DNA of 32,000 bases, taken from positions 1,142,728 to 1,174,727 of the forward strand of contig PQXB01000001.1 in the NCBI GenBank assembly GCA_003194425.1, given 5' to 3'. The notes beneath the pieces are model-generated. The model did no database searches, was not told the origin of the DNA, and saw only the letters and a list, made by a program, of their open reading frames with translations. The stretch comes from Candidatus Methanophagaceae archaeon (GTDB taxonomy: Archaea > Halobacteriota > Syntropharchaeia > Alkanophagales > Methanospirareceae). Of this stretch, positions 15,240-22,824 are shown piece after piece (the stretch's first letter is position 1; each line of letters starts with the position of its first letter). A program made the translations under genes and the position numbers.

Positions 15240-15245
15240 CGAACG

Positions 15246-16397
15246 ATGAAAGCGATTCTCGCACTCGAAGACGGGACAGTGGTGGAAGGCGAAGGCTGGG
15301 GAGCGGAGGGGACGGCGTTGGGCGAACTCGTCTTTGCAACGCCGTTTACGGGCTACGAGGAAGCCCTGACCGACCCCTCGTACAAGGGGCAGATTTTGAT
15401 GTTCACCTACCCGCTCGTCGGGAACTACGGCGTGAGCGGTGCTAAATTCCAGTCAGACGGCGTGAAAGTGGAGGGTTTCGTGGTGCGTGAGCGGTGCGAT
15501 TTTCCCTCGCATTTCAAGAGCAAGCGAAGCCTCAACCAGTTCCTACAGGACGAGGGCGTGCCTGCGGTGAGCGGAATTGACACGAGAATGCTGACGATAA
15601 AGACGAGGAGGTACGGCACAATGAAAGCGTGCTTGAGTGTGGGAGCGAGAGGGGGAGCGAGAGGGAGAGCGGGAGCGAGAGCGGGGGAGGGGGAAGAGAA
15701 GACCGAGATTTTGGAACTCGCAAGAAAGCAGTCCGAGATTTCAGAACTCGACTTGGTGGAGCGGGTTACTTGCAGGAAGCCTTACCGAATAAAAGGCAGG
15801 GGGAAAAGGGTGGCGGTAATTGACTTGGGCGTGAAACGGAACATTCTGAAGAGCCTGGCAGAGCGGGGGTTGGACATTTTCGTCTTCCCTGCGAACGCGG
15901 CGGAGTCTGAGATTCGTGGTTCTGAGCCCGACGCGTTGCTGCTCTCGAACGGACCTGGTGACCCGAAGCGAGGCGCTGCTGGAAATTTAACGCGAGTGGT
16001 AAAGAACTTTGCAGGCGAGATTCCGATTTTCGGGATTTGTTTGGGTCTGCAAATAATTGCGCTTGCCTTTGGTTGCGAGACCTACAAACTGAAGTTCGGG
16101 CACCGCGGTGCGAACCAACCCGTGAAAGACCTCAAGAGCGGGCGTGTTTTCATAACTTCCCAGAACCACGGCTTCGCAGTCAAGAAGGACTCGCTGGACG
16201 GTGCGTTGGACGGTGGAGGAACAGCAGCAGGACTGACGCAGGTGAACGCGAACGACGGCACGGTGGAGGGCTTCGAGGACGCTTACTTGGGTGTGAAATG
16301 CGTGCAGTACCACCCAGAGGCGAGCCCAGGTCCGTGGGACACCGAGAAGGCGTTCTTTGACGATTTGGCGAAGGGAGGCAGCTCAGGATTTGTCTAA
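15246..16397 (+). CDS. carA: Carbamoyl-phosphate synthase small (glutaminase) subunit
   Basis: The ORF track starts at 15168. The conserved N-terminus MKAILALEDGTVVEGEGWGA starts at the ATG at 15246. GATase blocks: PIFGICLGLQIIALAFG, HRGANQPV, SQNHGFAV and QYHPEASPGP. An in-frame GARGGARGRAGARAGEGEE insert. No carB is adjacent. Confidence 0.93.
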   Translation: MKAILALEDGTVVEGEGWGAEGTALGELVFATPFTGYEEALTDPSYKGQILMFTYPLVGNYGVSGAKFQSDGVKVEGFVVRERCDFPSHFKSKRSLNQFLQDEGVPAVSGIDTRMLTIKTRRYGTMKACLSVGARGGARGRAGARAGEGEEKTEILELARKQSEISELDLVERVTCRKPYRIKGRGKRVAVIDLGVKRNILKSLAERGLDIFVFPANAAESEIRGSEPDALLLSNGPGDPKRGAAGNLTRVVKNFAGEIPIFGICLGLQIIALAFGCETYKLKFGHRGANQPVKDLKSGRVFITSQNHGFAVKKDSLDGALDGGGTAAGLTQVNANDGTVEGFEDAYLGVKCVQYHPEASPGPWDTEKAFFDDLAKGGSSGFV

Positions 16398-17513
16398 CAG
16401 CCGTGCCACAGCGAAAGCCGGAAAAGCCGCCGATATTTTCGCACCGTAGACCGAAGCGAGCGAGACGAACTCAAGATTCACACGCTCCGCAGCCGCCTTC
16501 GCAACGAAATCCCCGATTCCCGCAGAGACCACACGCTCCAGCCCGTACTCCTCTCTCTGCCGCTTCAACTCCGCCGCCAACTCCGCCACCTGCACTTCCT
16601 TCACCTGCTCTGCAATTCCAACAACGCTCTCCTCACCAAGCTCCTCAAGGTCGCTGCAGACCACCCGAGCCAACCTTCGCAGCGCAGCTCGCCGACTTTT
16701 CGCTCCCTCTCCCTCTCCCTCTCCTTCTCCCTTCCACTCCTCTCCTTCTTCCTTCCACCCCTCCCCTCCCGCTCGGTCAGGGCTTTCGCAGCGGTAGTCC
16801 TCCTCGCTCAAGTCCCCAAGTACGAGGTAAGCGTCCGCCGTGATTGCGAAGAACTCCGCCGCAGTCCTGCATTCCTCTTTTTCCTTGCTTTCTCCCCCTC
16901 GCTCACCTACCCTAACTCGCCGCAGCAGCGTAGCAACACTTGTTCTCAAGACGCCCGAATAAATCAGTTCGTCGGATTTCAGCCGCTCGAGGTCGCTTCT
17001 CTTCGCCTTTATTTCCCCACCCGCGATTGGAATCACGTCGGTTGTGGTGCTACCAACGTCCACAAAAATCGCGTCTTTGCCGCCGCAGCCTCCTCCCTCT
17101 GAGACCGAGACGAACTTTGCAGAGGCGAGCCAATTCGTAGCCGCGAACGAGAGCGGGTCTCTCTCAACTGCAGAGCCGTCCCTGAAGACGCAGTCCGTCC
17201 CGAAGAATTTAAGTCCTTCAAATCCAAAGACTGAGGTTAGAATATTTTTTATCCGCAGAACACCCTCCCTCCTCGTCTCAAAACAGTCGCACAACTCTCC
17301 TGTCATCACCACCCCCACTGCTTCAATTCCTGCCCCTCCCTCTTTCCCCCCTTCCTCTTTCTCCCCTCCTTCTGTCTCAAAGTTTTGTTTCACCCTTAAC
17401 AGCACGTCGTCCAGAACCGCACTGCTCTTCCAGAGCGGAGCGTAAATTGAAAATGCGTCGTCTGGAGTTGCTACTTTCGTGTTCGCCCCGCCCACATCTA
17501 CGCCTACAATCAT
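16383..17513 (-). CDS. Hydantoinase/oxoprolinase-fold protein of the 'H4MPT-linked C1 transfer pathway' type
   Basis: 376-aa ORF. ASKHA-type phosphate-1 motif MIVGVDVGGANTKVA, then GVVMTGELCDCF, FVDVGSTTTDVIPI and LIYSGVLRT. Three Gly/Glu inserts. Confidence 0.6.
   Translation of the reverse strand: MIVGVDVGGANTKVATPDDAFSIYAPLWKSSAVLDDVLLRVKQNFETEGGEKEEGGKEGGAGIEAVGVVMTGELCDCFETRREGVLRIKNILTSVFGFEGLKFFGTDCVFRDGSAVERDPLSFAATNWLASAKFVSVSEGGGCGGKDAIFVDVGSTTTDVIPIAGGEIKAKRSDLERLKSDELIYSGVLRTSVATLLRRVRVGERGGESKEKEECRTAAEFFAITADAYLVLGDLSEEDYRCESPDRAGGEGWKEEGEEWKGEGEGEGEGAKSRRAALRRLARVVCSDLEELGEESVVGIAEQVKEVQVAELAAELKRQREEYGLERVVSAGIGDFVAKAAAERVNLEFVSLASVYGAKISAAFPAFAVARLLDKS
16703..16770 (-). repeat. 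Polypyrimidine (+ strand) ctccct/ctcctt tract, in frame, giving GEGWKEEGEEWKGEGEGEGEG in the hydantoinase-like protein
   Basis: About 68 nt with almost no purines on the + strand. Confidence 0.85.
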
Positions 17514-18232
17514 TTCTCCTTCTCCTTGCTCTTTCCCCCCTCTCTAACAAACAAAAGCGGGAAAATTATGTCGCTCAGGCAGCAGGGAAACCAGACCGAG
17601 AGAAACAAAATGAAAAACACAAAAGGCAGCAAAGAAAAACCCGCACCGCCAAAACCACCGCCAAAACCACCGACAAAACCACCGCCAAGACCACCGACAA
17701 AACCACTGCCAAAACCAAGACCGAACGCGGTGAGGTAGAAGAGCGACGCCCAAGTGCTCAGCAGGACGTGCCCTGCGTGCGGAAACTTGGTCGCGGGGCG
17801 GAAGTAGGCGATTAAAATGCCGAGAACCGCGAGCGGGTTCACGAGCCACCACTTCTCGACGAAGCCCAGGTGAAACTCCATTTCCGCACCTAAAAGAGTC
17901 CCGCCGAGGTAGGGGAAAAAAATGTCGCTCAGCGTGGCGATTCCGACCGAGCCGAGGTAGCCGACTAAAAAGACCTGCCAGCCTTTACCTCGGTGCAGCC
18001 GAAACATTCCCGCGGTCACGAGCGCACTCAAGACCACGTGAATCGGGTGAAGGGTGTAGAAAATTGTCTCCGAGAGATTTTGCGAGAGGCGGGTCGTGAA
18101 AAACATTAGAACGATTCCTGTAACCGCGCCGAAAGAAGTGAACGGGGCGTGCCTCACTAATTCCCTGCTAATTAGCCTTGATTTTTCGTGCAGCCTCGTC
18201 CTGAAGGGTTTTGCGTACTCGTTAATTTGCAT
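17510..18232 (-). CDS. Integral membrane protein with conserved His residues (possible metal transporter family)
   Basis: 240-aa ORF with about 6 TM segments. His-containing TM motifs are YTLHPIHVVLSALVTAG and KFPHAGHVLLS. A (GGFG/GGLG)n insert. The stop overlaps the start of the upstream gene (ATGA at 17510-17513). Confidence 0.5.
   Translation of the reverse strand: MQINEYAKPFRTRLHEKSRLISRELVRHAPFTSFGAVTGIVLMFFTTRLSQNLSETIFYTLHPIHVVLSALVTAGMFRLHRGKGWQVFLVGYLGSVGIATLSDIFFPYLGGTLLGAEMEFHLGFVEKWWLVNPLAVLGILIAYFRPATKFPHAGHVLLSTWASLFYLTAFGLGFGSGFVGGLGGGFVGGFGGGFGGAGFSLLPFVFFILFLSVWFPCCLSDIIFPLLFVREGGKSKEKEK
17641..17720 (-). repeat. Degenerate 12-bp tandem repeat (ccaccgccaaaa / ccaccgacaaaa), about 6 copies, in frame, giving a (GGFG/GGFV)n tract in the membrane protein
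   Basis: ccgcaccgccaaaaccaccgccaaaaccaccgacaaaaccaccgccaagaccaccgacaaaaccactgccaaaacc. Confidence 0.9.
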
Positions 18233-18245
18233 TGTTTTCTCTTTC

Positions 18246-19553
18246 TTATTTTCTAATAATTGCGTCTATTCCTAAAATAAAAGAATACGGCGCGTAGGTC
18301 TTCACCTTCCTCGCATTCAGGATTTCCAACTGGACCTCACGCCCGCCCGCTCGCTTGCTCGCCTCGTTTATTCCTGCAGCCAACTTCTCCTTCGCCTTCT
18401 TTATCGCAGTCTCAAGAGAAAGGGAAGGGGGAGAAGAAGAAGGAGAAGGAGTGGGAGAGGGAGAAGGAGAGGGAGAAGAGGTTTCAAGAGTGTAGAAATG
18501 AATTGTCCCAGCACGCAGTTTGAGCATTCCAAGAGCCTCGTTAAGAAAGAGGTGGGCGCTCTTTGGCAAGTTCATAATTATTCGGTCTGCAGAGCCTCTG
18601 AACCGCTCTTTCTCGTTCCCGCTCTCGTTCCCGCTCTCGTTCCCGCTCTCGTTCCCGCTCTCACTCTCGCCTTTGAAGACCTCTCTTGCGTCGCCCAGCA
18701 CCGCCTCAATTTTTCCCTCACCCACGCGGTTCAATTTTATATTCTCCTTAAGGTACCGCACTGCCTCGGGATTGATTTCAATTGCGGTAACGTGGCTGTG
18801 GGGTGCTCGTTTAGCGATTTGAACCGCGAAGGAGCCGACGCCTGCAAACATATCAATTATTTTTTCTGCCTCGTTCTCTCTCTCGCTGCGTTCTACCTGC
18901 TCCACCACTCTGGCTCGTTCGGTTGCGAGGCGGGGGTTGAAATAGACTTTGTTGAGGTCGAGTTTGAACCTGCAGCCGTTCTCCTTGTGGGTTGTTTCTG
19001 TCCTGCACTCGCCTGCGATTATTTTCAGCCGCCGCTGCCTGAAGACGCCTTCGACGGGCGAGGTCTGCTTTGCGACGACTTTTATGTTCTTGTGCAGGCT
19101 CAAAATTGCTCGTGCTTGTGCTGCGACCCGCTCAAGACTCTCGTCAATTTCGGCAGTCTCGCGGTCGCGGTGGCGGTCGCGGTGGCGGTCGCGGTGGCGG
19201 TCGCGGTGGCGGTCGCGGTGGCGGTCGGAGTCGGGACCGCGGTCACCAGTCAGCACCGCAATGTCGCCCACGACCTCGTAAGCAGGCTTGAACCCAACCA
19301 GGTCTTCTACGCTCCTTCTTGGCTCTGAAATCTCAAACTCTCGTGTTTCTTGGGTTAGAGTTAGAGACTCCTGCTGCTCTAACCGTCGCACGAGCGGCAG
19401 AAAAATGAAATCCGGGTCCGAGATTATTTTTGCGTCGGTTCTCAGCAGTTTGCGCTCTTTCAAAGCCCTCCTGACCTCTTCTCCTCGCCGCTTCTCCACC
19501 TTTACGCAAAGCAAAGTCGCACTCTTCAAATTCGCCCTCTTTTCCTTCTTCAT
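18246..19553 (-). CDS. trm5: tRNA (guanine37-N1)-methyltransferase Trm5/Taw22 family
   Basis: Met-10+ like blocks: FKLDLNKVYFNPRLATERARV, the SAM motif IIDMFAGVGSFAVQIAKR, VTAIEINPEAVRYLKENIKLNRV and ADRIIMNLPKSA. I place the start at the Met at 19553 (MKKEKRANLK) rather than 19619. Three inserts: (HRDR)n, (GNES)4 and an SP-rich tract. Confidence 0.85.
   Translation of the reverse strand: MKKEKRANLKSATLLCVKVEKRRGEEVRRALKERKLLRTDAKIISDPDFIFLPLVRRLEQQESLTLTQETREFEISEPRRSVEDLVGFKPAYEVVGDIAVLTGDRGPDSDRHRDRHRDRHRDRHRDRHRDRETAEIDESLERVAAQARAILSLHKNIKVVAKQTSPVEGVFRQRRLKIIAGECRTETTHKENGCRFKLDLNKVYFNPRLATERARVVEQVERSERENEAEKIIDMFAGVGSFAVQIAKRAPHSHVTAIEINPEAVRYLKENIKLNRVGEGKIEAVLGDAREVFKGESESGNESGNESGNESGNEKERFRGSADRIIMNLPKSAHLFLNEALGMLKLRAGTIHFYTLETSSPSPSPSPTPSPSSSPPSLSLETAIKKAKEKLAAGINEASKRAGGREVQLEILNARKVKTYAPYSFILGIDAIIRK
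18612..18659 (-). repeat. Tandem repeat, 12 bp x4 (ctcgttcccgct), in frame, giving (GNES)4 in Trm5
   Basis: Four perfect copies at 18612, 18624, 18636 and 18648. Confidence 0.95.
19161..19227 (-). repeat. Tandem repeat, 12 bp x5.6 (gcggtcgcggtg), in frame, giving (HRDR)n in Trm5
   Basis: Five perfect copies (19161-19220) plus a partial copy. This is among the largest perfect tandem arrays in the window. Confidence 0.95.
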
Positions 19554-19602
19554 CAAGTTTAAGACAAAACAAGATTTAAACAAAACTACTTTCCTTAAAA
19601 AA

Positions 19603-20592
19603 ATGGGAAAATATTCCAAAATCGCAGTTGTCGTTGTGTTGTGCCTGTTAGCAGCCTCGGCAGGCTTTTTGGCCGGCTTACTACAGCTTTCCGAGGGACC
19701 ACCAAGCGTGTATTTGCAACAAACAGGCTACTACCCCGAGGAAGAGGGGGGCGGAGTCAAAGTAGGGGGAGTAGGGGGCGGGAGATTTCCGTTAGCAGTG
19801 CCAACGCCTCGCCCGTTTGCAGTAGCGCCGGTAGAAGAAGAAATAGACGAGAAGGAAATAGACGAGAAGAGGCTGGAATATGCAGAGAAGACTTCTGCGG
19901 GGAGATCTGAATTCGAACCCGCGAGCGAGAGGAAAATAATTCAAACGGCTTCGCTGGAGATTGAAGTAAAGGATTTTCAGTCGAGTTTCGATGCCGTCGT
20001 TGAGATTGTGGAGCGGTCGGAGGGGTTCGTCTCAGATTCCCGCGTCTACACAACTGGCACAGGAGCCAGCACAGGCGCCGGCGAGCGTAAGAAAGCAATG
20101 ATTACGGTCCGAGTCCCAAAAGACAACTTCCTCGCAGTCCTCTCTGAAATTGAACGGCTCGGCACCGTGAAATCAAAGCACACCTCCGGCGAGGACGTTA
20201 CCGAAGAATTCATTGACTTGAATGCGAGGCTCAACAACTCTGAACGACAGGAGCGGCGGCTGCTGGAGATTCTGGAGACCGCTGAGGAGGTAAAAGACGT
20301 TCTTGAGGTGGAGCAGGAGTTGTGGCGTGTGCGGAGTGAAATCGAGAGTCTTACGGGCCGGAAGAAATATCTTGAGAACCGCGTCGAGCTTGCGACGGTC
20401 TCGGTTTTGTTGCACGAGCCAGAGCCGATTACACAGAGCTGGGGGCTGAGGGACGCTTTTCGCTCGGCTTTCAGGGGCTTTGTGTCAGTTGTTCGGGGGC
20501 TTGTAATTTTGGTGGGCTACGCCTTGCCGATTTTAATTCTGCTCGGTCTCGGCTGGCTCGTCCTACGGCTGCAGTGGCGGAAAAGGGGTTAA
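19603..20592 (+). CDS. DUF4349-like membrane-anchored protein
   Basis: The ORF track starts at 19288. A plausible start is the ATG at 19603 (MGKYSKIAVVVVLCLLAASAGFLAG, a signal/anchor). The core ERKIIQTASLEIEVKDFQ...MITVRVPKDNFLAVLSEIERLGTVKSKHTSGEDVTEEFIDLNARLNN...LLHE plus a C-terminal TM helix matches the DUF4349 architecture. Confidence 0.65.
   Translation: MGKYSKIAVVVVLCLLAASAGFLAGLLQLSEGPPSVYLQQTGYYPEEEGGGVKVGGVGGGRFPLAVPTPRPFAVAPVEEEIDEKEIDEKRLEYAEKTSAGRSEFEPASERKIIQTASLEIEVKDFQSSFDAVVEIVERSEGFVSDSRVYTTGTGASTGAGERKKAMITVRVPKDNFLAVLSEIERLGTVKSKHTSGEDVTEEFIDLNARLNNSERQERRLLEILETAEEVKDVLEVEQELWRVRSEIESLTGRKKYLENRVELATVSVLLHEPEPITQSWGLRDAFRSAFRGFVSVVRGLVILVGYALPILILLGLGWLVLRLQWRKRG
19840..19869 (+). 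repeat. Tandem repeat, 15 bp x2 (gaaatagacgagaag), in frame, giving EIDEKEIDEK
   Basis: 19840-19854 equals 19855-19869. Confidence 0.95.
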
Positions 20593-20599
20593 GGCGGCG

Positions 20600-21673
20600 T
20601 TAAGGCAGCGTTGAGGAAGGCGGGTTTGAGCCAAACAGAAAATCGTCAAACTTCAGCAACGCACACCAGACTCCCTTGCACTCGCACTCCGCTTCTGCTG
20701 CGGTCTCTGCGGTGGTCGCCTCTCTCTCGTCGAGTCGTTCCAAGACGCTCAAGTCCTGCGTTCTGTTGAACTTTTTTATCGCTCTTACAACCGCGGCGTC
20801 ACACTTGCCGCAGTTGTGCGGTCCTCTCTTGTGCCCTCCTCCGACGGGGTCCGAGAGCAGCACAAGCCCCTCTCCTCGCTTCCTCTTCACAGTTTTCAGC
20901 ACCTCTACCGCACTCCAGAGCCACGGCGGTCTGTAAAACTTTCTCCTCCACAACCCTTCTAAAGCGGTCTGTCTCTGCACATTGCAGAGGTTAAGCGAGA
21001 TTGTTGAACTGTAAGGGGCGACGAGGTCGGCGGATTTTACGGCGTCCTGAATCGCCTTCTTCTCGGAGACAAACGGCGGCTTGAGCAGGAGGTAGGTCTT
21101 TACACTTGCTCCGCTCTTCTTCGCGACCTTCGCCGCGTTTCGGAAATCCTCGAACGAGAAGCCCTTGTTTATGTAGTTTGACCTGATAAAATCGTCTGCG
21201 GTCTCCAACCCAAAGGCGAGTTCAAGACCCTCGACAACTTCTAAGTCCTTGATTTTCTCCTCGCTCACAAACTCAGGCCTCGTCTCCACTAACAATTTTT
21301 TTATCCCCCCTCTTCTTCGCCCTTTTGTTCTCCCTTGCCTTCGCCTCCTCCGCACCGTCTCGGCGATTTTTCTCCTCGTCTCGCCCGAGATCTCGCGTTC
21401 GTCGAGGAAGCTGCCGGAGGTGAAGATTTTGAGAATGAAATCTTCGTCAGGGCTGTGTCGTTCTAACGCCTGTTCCAGTTGAGTCAGGAGGTCTGCTTGT
21501 GTCAGCGAGGGGTCTGCAGATTCGTGCCAGAAGCCGCACATTCGGCATTTCCGCCACTGACAGCCCCGCGTTCTTAAAATGACGGTTAAGCATTTTACCG
21601 CTCTCTGCTCTTCGGCGAGGAAGTCGTAGTCGAGCCACGAGGCTACGGGGGTCTTGTTCTTTAGGGAAGTCAT
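20600..21673 (-). CDS. Radical SAM protein, archaeosine-biosynthesis RaSEA-like (TIGR01210-type)
   Basis: The Cys cluster ILRTRGCQWRKCRMCGF (CX4CX2C) lies near the N-terminus of a TIM-barrel-sized protein, with C-terminal Cys residues (HNCGKCD). The start is either 21697 or the Met at 21673 (MTSLKNK). The latter gives an ATGA overlap with the upstream endonuclease stop. Confidence 0.6.
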   Translation of the reverse strand: MTSLKNKTPVASWLDYDFLAEEQRAVKCLTVILRTRGCQWRKCRMCGFWHESADPSLTQADLLTQLEQALERHSPDEDFILKIFTSGSFLDEREISGETRRKIAETVRRRRRQGRTKGRRRGGIKKLLVETRPEFVSEEKIKDLEVVEGLELAFGLETADDFIRSNYINKGFSFEDFRNAAKVAKKSGASVKTYLLLKPPFVSEKKAIQDAVKSADLVAPYSSTISLNLCNVQRQTALEGLWRRKFYRPPWLWSAVEVLKTVKRKRGEGLVLLSDPVGGGHKRGPHNCGKCDAAVVRAIKKFNRTQDLSVLERLDEREATTAETAAEAECECKGVWCALLKFDDFLFGSNPPSSTLP

Positions 21674-22824
21674 ATTTTTTCGATGACACCCAACCAAACT
21701 CTCAGATGCTCTTCCTTTACTTCTTTATCTTCTTTCAAATTATTCGTGTAAGTCTCCATAAATTGACTGGGCGTCTTTACAAGCCTCAAATAATACTTTA
21801 TTGACGGTATTATCCCATTTACAATTACTTCACAGCCGTGTTCATTCTTTATTCTCTGCTTTAGATTCTCAACTCGCGTCTCTTCACCTTCTCCCTCTTC
21901 TTCCCGAATATAAGGCTCTGCGGTCGTCAGCAAATAATAACGGCTAACAGCAGTTTTTCTGAACTTTTTATATGAATCATTTATTATGCTCTCGCTGATT
22001 GGTATGTTGTGTTTTATTTCTACAACTTCGAAATATTCGCCGGTTTCGTCAACCACTTCTACATCTCCGATTGCCTTTGCATGTAAGTCAGGAGATTCGT
22101 AACTCCTCAAACTTTTTAGACTTTTATTTCGGTAGCGAGTAATGTCTTCCATCATTAATTGATATAACGAATACACAGCTAAAACAGGCAGTTTAGACGC
22201 TCCAGCAGAGCCATATTTGTGGAAGAAATGCGACCTCAAACACTCTATGATTGAATCAATTTGCATCTTCTTTGGGAAAATCACACCCTCTAAAATGCTT
22301 CTGATTTCTGTAAATTTTTGTAATAGAAGCGTAAATAAAGCCAGTAAATATCTCTCCGCGTCTGCGTCATTTTCTTCAATATCGTTCAAAATCTCTAAAA
22401 AGCAGCATTTCACCCTCGCATCCCGAATCTTACCAGGAAAATCCAGCGTAAACGGGTGAGGCTGTTCAATAGATCTGCTTAACCAGCCGCTCTCTTTCAT
22501 CGCTATTCTTGGGAACCTCTTTTTGAGAAATGGCGTTACATATTTCGTGTCAAACACTCTTGCTGAATACCCACCCTCAAATTCTTTCCTGTGAAGTCTA
22601 ACATCCTGACTTGGCTCTGTAATCTTCTTTACGAAACAAGTTATAAGAGCGGTTGTTACCGCTTTCTGCGATTCGCACGCGTCTGCTATTGCAGTTATCC
22701 ATTCTCTCTGCTCTTCGTCTAAACCGTCGAGGTCAAGAGGGAGAGGGATGTCATTTACCTCTTCATACGCACCTTCAAGCACTTTTGTAGCTTCTTCCAT
22801 TTTGCTGCTTTGCTTTAAAACCAT
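21670..22824 (-). CDS. Putative type II restriction endonuclease (PD-(D/E)xK)
   Basis: 384-aa ORF immediately downstream of, and overlapping, a DNA methyltransferase. Candidate catalytic core AIGDVEVVDETGEYFEVVEIKH (D...ExK). GC is low relative to the neighbours. Confidence 0.65.
   Translation of the reverse strand: MVLKQSSKMEEATKVLEGAYEEVNDIPLPLDLDGLDEEQREWITAIADACESQKAVTTALITCFVKKITEPSQDVRLHRKEFEGGYSARVFDTKYVTPFLKKRFPRIAMKESGWLSRSIEQPHPFTLDFPGKIRDARVKCCFLEILNDIEENDADAERYLLALFTLLLQKFTEIRSILEGVIFPKKMQIDSIIECLRSHFFHKYGSAGASKLPVLAVYSLYQLMMEDITRYRNKSLKSLRSYESPDLHAKAIGDVEVVDETGEYFEVVEIKHNIPISESIINDSYKKFRKTAVSRYYLLTTAEPYIREEEGEGEETRVENLKQRIKNEHGCEVIVNGIIPSIKYYLRLVKTPSQFMETYTNNLKEDKEVKEEHLRVWLGVIEKI

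Noticed and set aside
15168-15245. N-terminal extensions suggested by the ORF track for carA (15168), purC (4840, TTG), the DUF4349-like gene (19288), trm5 (19619) and the radical SAM gene (21697).
   Set aside because: The extensions overlap divergent genes or promoters and have odd composition. The family-conserved N-termini begin at the internal Met codons I used.
19161-19227. Whether the perfect tandem arrays (here, and at 29008-29074, 18612-18659 and 14036-14100) are CRISPR arrays.
   Set aside because: The units are 12 bp and directly abutting, with no spacers. They sit in frame inside conserved genes. No cas genes or leader are present.
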